A stretch of DNA of 64,000 bases from Felis catus (Eukaryota). Under the pieces are notes generated by a model. That model did not search any database, was not told where the DNA came from, and saw nothing but the letters and a program-made list of their open reading frames with translations. The stretch is taken from contig NC_058369.1 in the NCBI RefSeq assembly GCF_018350175.1, positions 1,800,001 to 1,864,000 of the forward strand. The letters run 5' to 3'. Positions 1-11,942 of this stretch are shown piece after piece (position 1 is the first letter of the stretch; each line of letters begins with the position of its first letter). Made by a program: the position numbers and the translations under genes.

Positions 1-860
1 ACATACAACAAATGCAAAATTGATCTTAACTATGTTTCGTTCTATTTTTTAAGAGTGCTAAAAAAAAAAAAAAAAACCCAAAAAAACTGGAAAAAAGTGC
101 CCAAATAACTAACGTTAGGTGTCGTGGGCGGAGAGATCAAAGTTGTTATTCCTGCTTCTTAATATTTTTGTCTTTTAAAATCCTTAAAACTGTTTTTTTG
201 TTTATTTTTTTAGTAACTTCTACACCCAGCACGGGGCTGGAGCTCCCGACCCTGAGATTAAGAGTTGCACACTCTGCGACTGAGCCAGCCAGGTGCCCCC
301 GTCCTTCAAAATTTTTAATAGAAAAAGCACGGTTAAAGGAGAAATGGGATGACAGAAATGCCCAGGCCTCTGGGCGGAAGCCCACTATGCCAGGAGGCAA
401 GGCTAGTGGACACAGGTTGAGGCCAAGGGCCCCTAGGGGTGGCCCCGGAGCCAGCCAAGGTGGCCAGGAGCCCTCCGGGACAGCCCATTTGTCTTCCAGC
501 TGCCCCTCATTAACATCCACTCACCACAGACACATATGCACACAAGCCCAGGGGAGCACGGGAAGCAAGGGGCCAGGGTGGCCTGTCATCCCACCCCTGG
601 AGACCTCCCTGGCCATCGTGGTGGCCGCCCACTCTCTGCAGGCCCTCGGGCAGCAGCCCTGCCCGGGAGTGGTGGGCTTTCAGCCCCTCTCTGTATAAAA
701 CCCACCCACAGAAGGGAACTGGGAAGGGAGAGACAGGATTCGGGCAGAAACACCTCGGAAAGGGGCCCGATGGCCCCAGACACCACCCCCAACCTCGTGC
801 ACCCGGGCTGTCAAACAAAGGCTCTCACCCCTCACGGCCACAGTGGACTCACGTGGGCCA

Positions 861-975
861 TCACTCCTGCTGGTCATCGTTGCTGGCACTGGGGGTCCGA
901 CTTCGGATCTGACTTCGGAGCTGTTCTATCAACTCTGGATTCTGCTGCTGCATCTGCTGGGCGAACTGCTGGCCG
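861..975 (-). CDS. SGTA: SGTA exon 11, coding part with stop codon
   Basis: [40 protein letters not shown]; the exon continues to 853, then donor gtgagt. Confidence 0.95.
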
Positions 976-1586
976 CTGCAGGAGGGGCGTGCCCGGGCTC
1001 AGCTGGTGGCCCCGGGGCACCCTCCCGGCCACTTCCTAGGTGCGTGCCCCCACGGGCAGTGCGGCTACTCACTGGGTCCCGGTAGCGGGGTCTTATCGAG
1101 CACCCAGGGACACAGCATTTGCGCTTTTATTCTCGAGGGCGGGCCCCCACCACCCCAGAGTCCCACCAGGCACGTCTACTCACGCCTGGATGAGACTGGC
1201 CAGGTCATTCTGTGAGGGGCTGGTGCCAGGAGTCCCCAGGGGGTTGTGGCCGCCCGAAATCATCCCGGACATGCTGCAAGGAGAGAGCCCACGATGTGCA
1301 CAGACAGCCTGGCCTGCCCGTTCCGGCTGGGTCCTGCTCCTCCTCCTCCAGCTGCTCTCTGCCGCCACCTGGCGGCCCCTCGGGGCCCAGAGCTGCCCAG
1401 CCCGCCCGTCCTCTGACAGCCCGTCCTCTGACAGCAGCTGCTGTGAACGCCACCGGCTCACTCGGGAACACTCGTTTCTGGCTTAAAGACAGTGGTCCTC
1501 ACGACTGGGGGGCTCCTGGCAGTGAGGGTGGGGGCTGACCAGGCGTGCTGTTTAGCCCCCACGGCACCTGGTACACCCCTCCCTCC

Positions 1587-1619
<33 letters not shown>

Positions 1620-4600
1620 CCGAGTGACTGCCCCAATGTTAGCAGTGCTGGGTTCAGAAATTTTGCTTTAAGATTTAACCACAGTCCGGCAATTCTTAAG
1701 TGACACAGAATCACCACACGACACAGCAAGTCTACTCCTGGGCGTTGGCCCAGAAGAACTGAACACAGGCGCTCACACACGACGCTCAGGGAGGGAACCA
1801 GACACGAGAGGCCACACGGGGTGTGAGTCCACGTGTGTGAAACATCCGGAACAGGCTCGTCCATGGATGGGAAGGGGGTTTGTGGGGGCCAGGGACCACG
1901 GGGGGGGGGGGTTAAAATGCCTATAATGGGGACAAGGACTCTTTTTGGGATAATGGAATGTCCTGAAATTAATCAGCGGTGATGGCTGTACAACACGTTG
2001 AAAATGCTTAATGCCTCTGCGTTGTAAACCTTGAAACAGTTACAACAGGCAGGTTTTAAGTCACGTGTGTCTTGTCACAATGGAAAATGTAACCACAAGA
2101 AGGTCAAAGGCACACAGTTGTCACTTACAGCTGCTGAACTTGGGGGTTGTTCATCAGGTTTGACGCCTGCAGAAAGGAACACATGATCAGACACAGCAGG
2201 CGCCCAGGGGCTCCTGCGCACACGCTTCCCAAGGGCGCTCGGCCTTCCTGACGTGCTTCCATCCCGCGTAAGACTTTTCTTTAAAGAGACTCCAGGCACC
2301 TCATCATCTCCTACTGGCTGCTTACTCTTTGCTGTGTAGATGTATCCAGATCCGTTTTTCCGGCCAATGGATCTGTCAGCACAGTTGGCCTCTTTTGTTT
2401 CCTCGGTTACTATCACTACCCTGCATGCCTGCATTTAAACTTAACTCCCCGAGGGTTCTCTCCCTAGGACCGACTTCAGGACGCGGCTGAGTGGGCAGCT
2501 AAAGCGGGGTCTTCCTGACATGGCTCACGAGGGCTGGCTAAATTCTGTGAAGGGCCAGAGTCAAGGTTCTCACCTTATGGGCCCATCCCTGCCCCAACCA
2601 GACAGCCCTGTGTCACCGTCACTGCACGGGTGTGGCCGTGTGCCAACAAAAATACAAAGTGATGCCCGGCCCATCGCCATGCCTGGCTGGCCCGCCTCCT
2701 GCTGTAATGGGGATGCTTCTGACGGCCGGAAGGCGCAGGATTTCCCTCTTCTGGACACTTGGAAACCCTGGGCCCTGTGGCCACTCTGAAAGAACTTGCA
2801 TGTGTGGGACCAGCCCCAAGGACACAGGCGGGTGCCTGCCTTCAAAGGACAGCGCTGCACAGAACAGGTGCTTCAGGACTCAAGTCTCTGGCATGGGAAG
2901 GTGGGACCTCCACCTTGGTGGCATCCCGGGCTCCTCGGTGTCTCCTCCTCCGAGGAGCAGTTGCAGCTGTGTGGCTACCAGGGTCTCCACAGTGTGAGGT
3001 GGAAACCGAGCTGGAGAGAGGGATGCTGTTTTCCTGGGTCATGCGACCGTGAGAGGCAGGACCCAGTCTGTCCTTTGTGCTCCATACTGAGGGGGTCTCA
3101 CTGGGGGCGATGCTGCCCTAGCGACAAGGGTGGTGTCTGGGGACATCTGTGTCTGTCACGCTGGGGGGCTCCTGGCATCAAGGGGTGGAGCCGGGGATGC
3201 TGCTCAGCCCCCAGCGCCCAGGTCATGGCCCCCAGAGGAACCGGAACCCACGAGAGAGGGGGGAGTGCAGATTACCATGCTCATGAAACTTGGGTTGTTC
3301 AGCAGGCCAGCAATGTCAAAGCTGCCGACACCTCCTGTCTGTGGGGAGAAAAGCCCTGGTGAGTGGTCACAGGACCACGGTGGCCGGCCCCGCCCCCAGG
3401 AACCAAGAACTGAGACACAACACCCCACGCGGGGCCTGTCCAAATTCTAAGAGGCATACGGCTCAGACATCCCACCAACCAAGCAGCCAGGCCCTGAGGC
3501 CAGAGAGCACTTCGTGAAAGGCACAAACCAGTTATGAACGTTTACAAGAGCGCCGTCCTTCACGTTCTAGCGTTCTGATGTCTTGGGCCCCCGTGAACCC
3601 TGGAGGACGGTCCCTCAGGGTGAGCAATTCCCAGAGAGAGTGAACAGTCACCTGCGGGCCACCTTTAGTGCACGAGCCAGTCAGCCATTCCCCAGGGCCT
3701 GGCATTCGGCCACCAGGGCCGGCCCCCATACCCCGGACTCTGCTGGAATTGCTCGCCTAGCTGATCCTAAGCCTGCATCCCCTGCCTCCCTGCTCCTCCC
3801 CCGGAAACCACCACAGGGGCACTGGCCTCCTGGCCGACCCTGGAGCTCCTGTGTGTGGCCCTGCCTCCCGTTTCCAGGGCCTGTGGGGATAAACTTTTTC
3901 CTTTGTGACAGGCATTTCTGTGTCTTTGTCTCCTACCGGACTGGATTAAGCCACCAGCCCTGAGTGTCTACCTGGCCTGCCCGCCAGGGCCCTCTCTTCC
4001 CCGGGGCCACTCACGGGACTTGGCGTCTCCCTCAACTTCAGCTCGGCTATCTTGAGGTTCGACTTGTAGGTCTCGTTGTCGGGGTCCAGCTCCAAGGCCT
4101 TCTTGTAATAGGCCACTGCCTCGGTGTGCTTGTTCAAACTGGAGAGCGCGAGGCTGGAGGAGAGGCAGCGCGATGTGGGGGAGGGCCTGGGAGGCTGCCC
4201 GACACCCCAAACCGCTCCAGTGTCGCTGTGGCCAGCGTCCGGTGGGAATGGCATGCGAGGGCCACGGGGGCCGAGAGTACAGGCGTATGAAAATTCAAAG
4301 GCACAAAGGCTGGTGCCCCAGAGGGACCCACACAAAGAGCTTGAAGGCCCGAAGCAGGGGGCCAGAGGGCGGGGTGGTCAGATGTGGCCTCTGTTCCTGG
4401 CACAGAGCTCTTAAAACCCTAAACTTCCTAAGTCATAGGCGTTTCCTGTTCTTTGTAACGAGCCCCTTGAACCCCATCTGAGTTTATGCCAATGATGTGA
4501 CTCAGGGTGGGGCTGGTGGCCAGGAAGACCAAATTTCAGATCTGAGTTGGGGGGGATCTCATGGCCCCCAAACTTCTAGGAGGGAGAAGACTGGAGAGGC

Positions 4601-7600
4601 TATAAAACTCTTCGACAATGCGGGGCGCCTGGATAGCGCAGTCGGTTAAGCGTCCGACTTCAGCCAGGTCACGATCTCGCGGTCCGTGAGTTCGAGCCCC
4701 GCGTCGGGCTCTGGGCTGATGGCTCAGAGCCTGGAGCCTGTTTCCGATTCTGTGTCTCCCTCTCTCTCTGCCCCTCCCCCGTTCATGCTCTGTCTCTCTC
4801 TGTCCCAAAAATAAATAAACGTTGAAAAAAAAAATTTTTTTTTTTAAATAAAAAAATAAATAAAAAAAAAAACCTCTTCAACAATGAGATCTGAAGAAGG
4901 TCCCCACTGGTGAAGGTAACCACATGCTGCGAGGGAGGCCACCCCACTCCAGGGGGATCCCCTGCACCCTGCCCTGTGGACCTCTTCGTCTGGCTGTTCA
5001 CCCGTGTCCCTCGATCAAGCAGGAAGCACGGGCGTGCTCCCGAGTCCTGCGACCTGCTCTCGCAAACCACGGAGGCACGAGAGCGAGTGGCAGGAGCCCA
5101 GACAGCGGGCGGATCAGAAGTTTGGAAGGCCCCGACGTTGAGTGGGGCTGAGTCCTGACCCTGGGGGGTGTGACACTTGGTCTGGGCAGAGTCAGGACTG
5201 AAGCGAACTGCAGGGGTGATGGCAAGAGGAGGAAGCGGACAGACACCACACGCCGTACGGGCGCACTCACCCCATCCGGCCGTAGGCTTTGCTGTAGGAC
5301 GGGTCTATGCAGATGGCTCGCTCACAGTCCTGCACGGCCCCTGCGTAGTTCCCCAGTTTGCTGTAGGCCGCCGCTCTGGGGAGACAAAGCGCAGGTCAGG
5401 GGTCGTGTGCCTGGCTCGCTGCCACAGAGGGGCCTCAGCTTCCCCGTCTGTCAGGCGGGACGGACGCAGGGCTGCCGAGGCTTCTGCCTGCGGAGCAGCC
5501 GTGCCGGGGCTGCGGCAGCCTCCCGGGGAAACCGAGGCTGAAGGAGGCAGAACAGATCGGCCCAACCCTGCCCCGCACGGGGAGGCGCCACTGTTGGAGG
5601 GCTGGCGCCTGTTCTGCGTCAGGGAGAACCTACTAGAAAATAACTGATCTGCCACGAGACCCCTGTCCACGCTCTCGACTTGCCGCATTTGATAGTTTTT
5701 CTCACTGGGTGTTTTTTAATATTCCCCTTTACGCTTCCCCCAGTTTCTGAAGTACAAAAAGACATCAGCTAGATGGGGCGCCTGGGTGGCTCAGTCGGTT
5801 GGGCGTCTGACTTCAGCCCAGGTCACAATCTCATGGTCCGTGAGTTCGAGCCCCGCGTCGGGCTCTGGGCTGATGGCTCAGAGCCTGGAGCCTGCTTCCG
5901 ATTCTGTGTCTCCCTCTGTCTCTGCCCCTCCCCCGTTCATGCTCTGTCTCTCTCTGTCTCAAAAATAAATAAACGTCAAACAAAAAAAAATTTTTTTTTT
6001 TTAAGATAAAAAAAGACATCAGCTAGAAAGCACGGAGCGGCTGCGCTGGCAGAAACGGGGTACAGGACTCTGTACGACGCGCCTACCTTTTCTGTCCACC
6101 CGTTTGTGTGATCGCCCCAAAAAGAGAAAGACGTTAAAGCTAAAGCAGTTTCACCCTGGAGACCACGTGGATGACGTCTGGTGCCCCCTCCGGTCTCTGT
6201 TCTCTGCTGGTTCCTGTGCCTTTCACACGAACGTGCGATTCTGTCCCACGTCCCATCCAGTCCCTCTCGTCACCAAGAACCGCTCATGAGCAAGAAAGTC
6301 CCTACTGGGAGGCTGGGGTGATACGGCGTTCCCTTCAGAAGCACGAGCCAGGGGTGCCTGGGGGGCTCAGTCGGTTAAGCATCCTACTCCTGGTTTCGCC
6401 TCAGGCCACGATCTCACGGTTGGCTGCGCTGACAGCACGGAACCTGCTCGGGATTCTCTCTCTCTGCCCCCCTCCCCCCCCGCGTACGTTTTGTCTCTCT
6501 CTCTCTCTCAAACTCACTAAACATTAAAAAATTTAACTAAAGTACAAGCCAGATGCAACTCTTCACAGTTGGCGACGATGCTGATGTGAACACAGGAATG
6601 AAACGCCACCCAAGCGTTAGCTTATTTCTCGTCGCAACGCCCGCGTGGAGGTTGGTGCTCCCTAATTTTAAGGCCGCTGTCAACGCTTACTGACACGTTC
6701 CTGGCCGCCTGCCACGGACTGCTTCTCAGGGGCTGCGGCGTAACAACCCCTAGGGGACTGTTCGGACACCTCTCCTGGTCTCCTGGGGACACGCGACCTG
6801 CCTGCCCAGGCCCCACGTGAGTCCCCGCCCCGCGTGAGCCCGGCTGGCACCTGTTACAGAAATAGACGGCGTTGGCGGGGTTCAGCTCGATGGCTTTCCC
6901 GTAGAAGTGCGCGGCAGCTTCAAAGTTTTCTCCTTTCATCTGCTCGTTTCCTAGAACAAAGGAAAACCGGTGACCCCGCTGTTCGCACGAGACCCGAGGG
7001 CTCCGACACGCGGGCTCCGCCCTCCCGGGCGTCTGTGGGAAGGCGCGAGGAGAGCCTCGGGCGGGACGCAGCGCTCAGTCGCTCAGGGCGGTGGCAGGGG
7101 AGAAGGGGGCGGCTGCGTCCGGCATCTCGGGGCTCGCGGCCCAAGCCAGCACCCGGTGAGGACACCTGTCGCTGCTGTGACATCTGGAGACAAGTCCCCG
7201 ACACCCTCACTTCCGCTTCTCCCCTCAGAGACAGCCAAGTTTAACGAGATGTGACTCACGTAGCATAAAACTCACATTTTCAAAGCGTGCAGCTCGGTGG
7301 TTTTTAAAATATTCAGTTGTCCATCACTGTAGTCACTTCCAGAACATTCCCTCTCCCCTGAAGAAAGCCCCGTCCCCATCAGCCATCGCCCGCTCTCCTC
7401 CCCCAGCACCCACAAACCCCCCTCCTGTCCACGGATGAGCCTGTCCTGGACGTTTCACACACGTGGACTCACACCCCGTGTGGCCTCTCGTGTCTGGTTC
7501 CCTCCCTGAGCGTCGTGTGTTCAGGGTCCATCTGCCGGGTGGCGGGTGTGGGCGCCTCGCTCCTGCTGGCGGCCGAGTGATGTTCCTGACTATGGATGTG

Positions 7601-8729
7601 TCACGTTTTGTTTATCCCTTTTACTGGTCTGTGGACATATGGGCTGTTCTCCCTTTTTGCTGCTGTGGATACGCGCCTGCAATTTTCCTGGGCCCACGGC
7701 TCTGCCCGGGAGGGGAGAGGCCGGGCCACACACCACGCCATCGGATGACCACATACTGTCAGAACGCCTTCCACGGCGACGGCCCGCTTACGCCCCCACC
7801 AGCCGCGTCGGGGGCTCCACCCTGCGCACATCCTCACATCCGCGCGTTCTGCGGCCCCCGGCCCCCAAGCCCCTGTGCCGTGGTGCTGCGTGACAGCAAG
7901 CCCCCCGGCTGCCACTCGTCTCTCACCTTCGGTTTTGAGGCGCTCTGCCTCCGCCGAGTCCTCCTCTGAAGGCGGAGTTCGCTCAGGGCTCCTCAGGTCC
8001 TGCGGCGCCTCCTGGGTCCAAGGCAGGGATGAGCTGTCTAACGGGCGGCCCTGCCGTCTTCCTCCTCCCAGCCCCGCACCTCTGGCCGCCCTCCTGCTCA
8101 GGCCGCCTGAGAGGGCAGCTGAGCTCCGAGGGAGACGCCTTGGGCCAGGTGGCCGGGCCGCGCCCCCACCTGCCCTGCCCACAGGCCTGGCACCGGCACT
8201 TGTTACTGTTGTTCCGGGAAGCCCAGAGGCTCACCCTGCCCGCGGCGGCTGCTTCAAATATTTCCGGAAGAGTCTGAGGGAGAGCGAGGTCGCTGTCCTC
8301 CACGGTCACCCCAAAAGCAGTCTCCAGGCACTGGATCGCAACTGTGAGGGAGAACAGAGGTGTTTTCTTCTGAACACAATCCCGACTTTGTGACTCTGGG
8401 GGTCAGATGGCCTCCCCACCCTCAGCCCCACGTGGCTTCCAGGCACCGTGGGTGCCCTACCCCCTCTTTCAAGAGAGCCTTCCTCTGATCACTGGAGTCA
8501 CACACATGCGGTAGTGGTGGAGAACGTTCTGGAACCGCACCTCGATGAAAGATGGGTAGTGCCGAGAATACCTGCGGGAGACTAGGGTCTGCACGGCGGG
8601 AAGGAGGGAGGGCAGTGGCCCACACGTACCTTCCAAGCTCTCCTGGGCGTCGGACGAGAGCCCCCCGTGCCGCAGCTGGTCATGCAGGAACCGGATAATG
8701 GCGTAGGCCAGGCGCTTCTTGTTATCCAT
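861..8729 (-). CDS. SGTA: SGTA, small glutamine-rich TPR co-chaperone alpha; spliced CDS, 10 coding exons, 942 nt / 313 aa
   Basis: Exons 8630-8729, 8235-8341, 7927-8011, 6851-6950, 5271-5375, 4015-4153, 3276-3338, 2129-2166, 1184-1273 and 861-975 have GT-AG boundaries and join in frame (sum 942 nt). They give [12 protein letters not shown]...[13 protein letters not shown]...[26 protein letters not shown]...[32 protein letters not shown]. Confidence 0.97.
1184..1273 (-). CDS. SGTA: SGTA exon 10
   Basis: [29 protein letters not shown](A); cag/gtgagt; 90 nt. Confidence 0.95.
1588..1618 (+). repeat. C31 homopolymer (G31 on the SGTA sense strand)
   Basis: Direct reading. Confidence 0.9.
2129..2166 (-). 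CDS. SGTA: SGTA exon 9 (38-nt small exon)
   Basis: [12 protein letters not shown](L); ttctgcag/gtaagt; read by hand, not in the ORF track. Confidence 0.93.
3276..3338 (-). CDS. SGTA: SGTA exon 8
   Basis: [21 protein letters not shown]; cag/gtaatc; 63 nt. Confidence 0.95.
3545..3950 (+). mobile_element. Old ERVL-type solo LTR (MER74-like)
   Basis: Resembles recalled MER74 motifs (gatcctaagcctgc, cccggaaaccac) and is similar to the copy at 55.6-56.1 kb. Confidence 0.5.
4015..4153 (-). CDS. SGTA: SGTA exon 7 (TPR3)
   Basis: [46 protein letters not shown]; cag/gtgagt; 139 nt. Confidence 0.95.
4622..4872 (+). mobile_element. Young felid tRNA-derived SINE (SINEC_Fc-like)
   Basis: GGGGCGCCTGG head, A/B boxes, CT-rich body, A tail; near-perfect TSD ctcttc(g/a)acaatg. 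Confidence 0.9.
5271..5375 (-). CDS. SGTA: SGTA exon 6 (TPR2)
   Basis: [34 protein letters not shown](G); cag/gtgagt; 105 nt. Confidence 0.95.
5774..6010 (+). mobile_element. SINEC_Fc-like SINE
   Basis: Full length; TSD aaaaagacatcagctaga on both sides. Confidence 0.9.
6851..6950 (-). CDS. SGTA: SGTA exon 5 (TPR1)
   Basis: (G)[32 protein letters not shown](R); tag/gtgcca; 100 nt. Confidence 0.95.
7927..8011 (-). CDS. SGTA: SGTA exon 4
   Basis: [28 protein letters not shown]; cag/gtgaga; 85 nt. Confidence 0.95.
8235..8341 (-). CDS. SGTA: SGTA exon 3
   Basis: (V)[35 protein letters not shown]; cag/gtgagc; 107 nt. Confidence 0.95.
8630..8729 (-). CDS. SGTA: SGTA exon 2, coding part with start codon
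   Basis: ATG at 8729; [33 protein letters not shown]; donor gtacgt. Confidence 0.95.
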
Positions 8730-11700
8730 CTTGTGACAGGAAGAGACAACGCCCAGGGGTTCTCGGGATCTGTGGACCGAAGCAGAGGGCATGCGGGCAG
8801 TGCCCCTCCCCCCTGTGCCTGGGGTGCCTGGTGCTCTACGCCCCTGGACTGTTGGGCCCTGGCTCGCCAGGCCTGGCCCTGCGGAAGCCGCTTCGGGCAC
8901 ACGAAACAATATAATCTGAATGACAAGTGAGGGGAAATGGTTACGACCCGCATTTCACGGATGAGATGCTGGGGCTTTCATGGGCAGAGGACTGCTCCAG
9001 CCTCCTGCCTCCTTACTCTAAGTTTTTTTTCAGGTTTGCTTATTTTTTGAGAGAGACAGAGACAGACAGAGAAAGAGAGGATCCCAAGCAGGTTCCATGC
9101 TGTGAGCACAGAGCCCAACTCGGAGCTTGATTCCATGAGATCAAGACCTGAGCCAGAATCAAGAGCAGGACGCTCGAACAACTGAGCCCCCCAGGCAACC
9201 CTGCCTCCTTACTGTAAAGAAAGTGACGTGGCCTTAACCATCACCACCCTTTCACAGACTGAGTGGCACACGGGGGCTCCCAGGGGTGTGGAGGGCCAGA
9301 CTGCCAGCACTACTCCTGCAGGTCTACGAACCCCGAGTTTTGAGCTAAGCACAAGGCGGACCACAGTCCCACCTGCTTTTCCATTCAGGCTGAGAAAACA
9401 AACTGACGGTTCTCCAAGTCCTGACACCCCCGAGGGATACGAGGGGGTCGGACAAGTGTTGTGGGGGGCAGGGAGCAGTGGGGGGGTGGGCTGGGGTAGG
9501 GGGAGGGCCCAGAGGCACCGGTCCCTTTCCTGGCAGCCAGAGAGCCTTTTCTTGGTCCCTCCACGATGTGCTGGATTCCCAGGCCAGGAGTGACCCTGCC
9601 CCAGGGACTGGGGACCAGGTTTGGGGAAATCCGTGGCCATCACAACGGGGTGCTCCCAGTGTTGAGTGGTGAGGACCTGGGATGCTGTTTAGCCCCCTGG
9701 CACCGAGGATGTCCCCGTGATGGAGAGCTCTCTGGCTCCAGCATAAGCAGTGCCCAGGGGACAGCCCTGGTGTGGAACGATCTGGTGGGAGGGGTCTGCC
9801 ACCTGGAGGCCTATGATGGGCCAAGCACTGTACGTAACACCATCTCCTTCCCTCTGGACCATGACCTCCACGGTCGCTCCCACTGAGAAGGGCACCAGGT
9901 GGGGGCTGGGGGTCCACAAGGAGCAGCCGGCCCGAGGCGGCTCAAGTCCACCCGTGCAGCCAGAACCCGCAGCATGAAGCACCTTGGTCTCCCCAAAATG
10001 CCTCTGTGCCCTGCAGAACCAGGAAGAGTCAGTCATTAGGCCCCAGGCTCTACAAACTGGCTGGCATCAGACTCAGATGATGTGAATATGCAGACGGCTG
10101 GTCGGGGCAAGCTCTGTCAAGACCCCTGGCGCTGGCTGGCCTCAGAGACCTGTCTCCAGTTCACGGGAACCTACGTCCATCAACAGCTGCTTCGTTCGTA
10201 AAGGCGGGGGAACCAGACACGAGAGGCCACAAGGATGTGACTCCACGTGTGTGAAACGTCCGGAACAGGCGCATCCATAGACAGGAAGGGGGTTCGTGGG
10301 GGCTGGGGAGGGATGGCTGATGGGGACACAGTTTCTTTTTGAGGTGGAACGTTCTGGACTTAGAAAAAGCTGATGGTTCCACAGCAGTGTGAATCTACCG
10401 CAATCCGCTGTTTTAAGGTATACGGGTTATATCTCAATTTTAAGTAAGGAAAAAACTTAAAACACTTGTTGTATAAAACTGGCGAGGTAATTAAAGTTAA
10501 GGCTGGTAATGAGCGCCCCCCTCCTCCCCACCCGCTCCCATTTCTGGACACAATGACCCTTTACCCAGCAAGTGCCTTTGGCTGAAGAGCCTCCCCAGAA
10601 CTGCAAGGTCTGGGATCAGGATGGGCCGCCAGAGCCTGTAGGACAGACAGCCAGTCCCGGCCCTGAAGACCTTAGGAGACACAGAAGGACCCACAGAGAT
10701 CAACCACCACAACCCACTCATCTCGGGGGAAGCCTCAAAAGGGGAGTCACGCTCCCCAGCTAAGAGGGCACAGAGAGCAAACCAGTCTGCTGACCGCCAG
10801 ATCTAAAAAGAACAGACACACGCTGCCAAAAACGTCAAAATGTTTTCATTTTAGGTATTTGTTTTGACAGCATTATTTACAATAGCTGAAAGATAGGGGC
10901 GCCTGGGCGGCTCAGTCGGTGGAGCATCTGACTTTGGCTCAGGGCATGATCTCGCGGTTCGTGTCGGGCCTGCTGCTGTCAGCTCAGACCCTGCTTTGGA
11001 GCTTCTGTCCTCCTCTCTCTGTCCGCCCCTCCCCCGCTCAAGCTCTCTCCCTCAAAAATAAGTTATCACACACACAAAAAGAGTAGACTGAGGAAGGAAA
11101 TCAGGTCTTTAGCAGAAGTCTGCCCCCCCGGACCAAGTGGTGAAGCTGGGGGCGGGGGTGCTGTGTATGAGACTATCAAGGCTCATGGAGGCAAGGGTTC
11201 AAAAACCTAAAGGCCAAGTCACCCTCCTTTCTGTGCCCCTGGCCCTTGGAACCTCAGGGCGTTTGCACGTGAGGATCTCTTGTCCCCACTGGATTTGAGG
11301 CACTCTGGCCTGATCTCCCCAGGATAAGCTCTCACTGCCTGCTTCCTGAGCTTCACCAGGTCTGTCGCTTGATCTTCTCCCAAATGGTGGCCCCTCCAAA
11401 GGGATTCAGTGTCAAGAGGTCAGAGCGCCCCCTGGAGCCTGCCCTGGGCCTGGTGTATGGATGACAGGCCAGGGAGCCTGATTTGCCTGGGAGGACAAGG
11501 GCCTGGAGTCAGCCTCAGGCTCAGCCACTTCTCCCCATGACAGTTTCAGGTCACTTTCCCCACTCCTAAGCTAAGGACTGCTTTGTCCCAGCCGATACCC
11601 TCACTTTCCTCTCCTATGAGATGGGGTAACGGAGATGTCCTTAACAGCTGTTCCAAGAACTTCTGACCTACGGGGTGTGTGGGTGGCTCAGTCGGTTGAG

Positions 11701-11900
11701 CATACGACTGGCTCAGGTCCTGATCCTGTGGTTCCTGAGTGTGCTGTCAGCACAGAATCTGCTTCAGATCCTGTCCCTAGTCTCTGCCCCTCCCCAACTT
11801 GTGCTCTCTCAAAAAATAAATGTGGAAAAAAAAAAAAAAAAAAAAAAGACCTAACTCGGGTTTTCTCCACTATTGCTATCCGGGGTAAGATCATTCTTTG

Positions 11901-11901
<1 letters not shown>

Positions 11902-11941
<40 letters not shown>
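11902..11941 (+). repeat. (TG)20 microsatellite
   Basis: Perfect dinucleotide run inside a MER20-like copy. Confidence 0.95.

Positions 11942-11942
<1 letters not shown>

Noticed and set aside
4622..4700. tRNA-like A/B boxes at SINE heads
   Set aside because: These are tRNA-derived SINE promoters followed by a CT-rich body and A tail, not tRNA genes.
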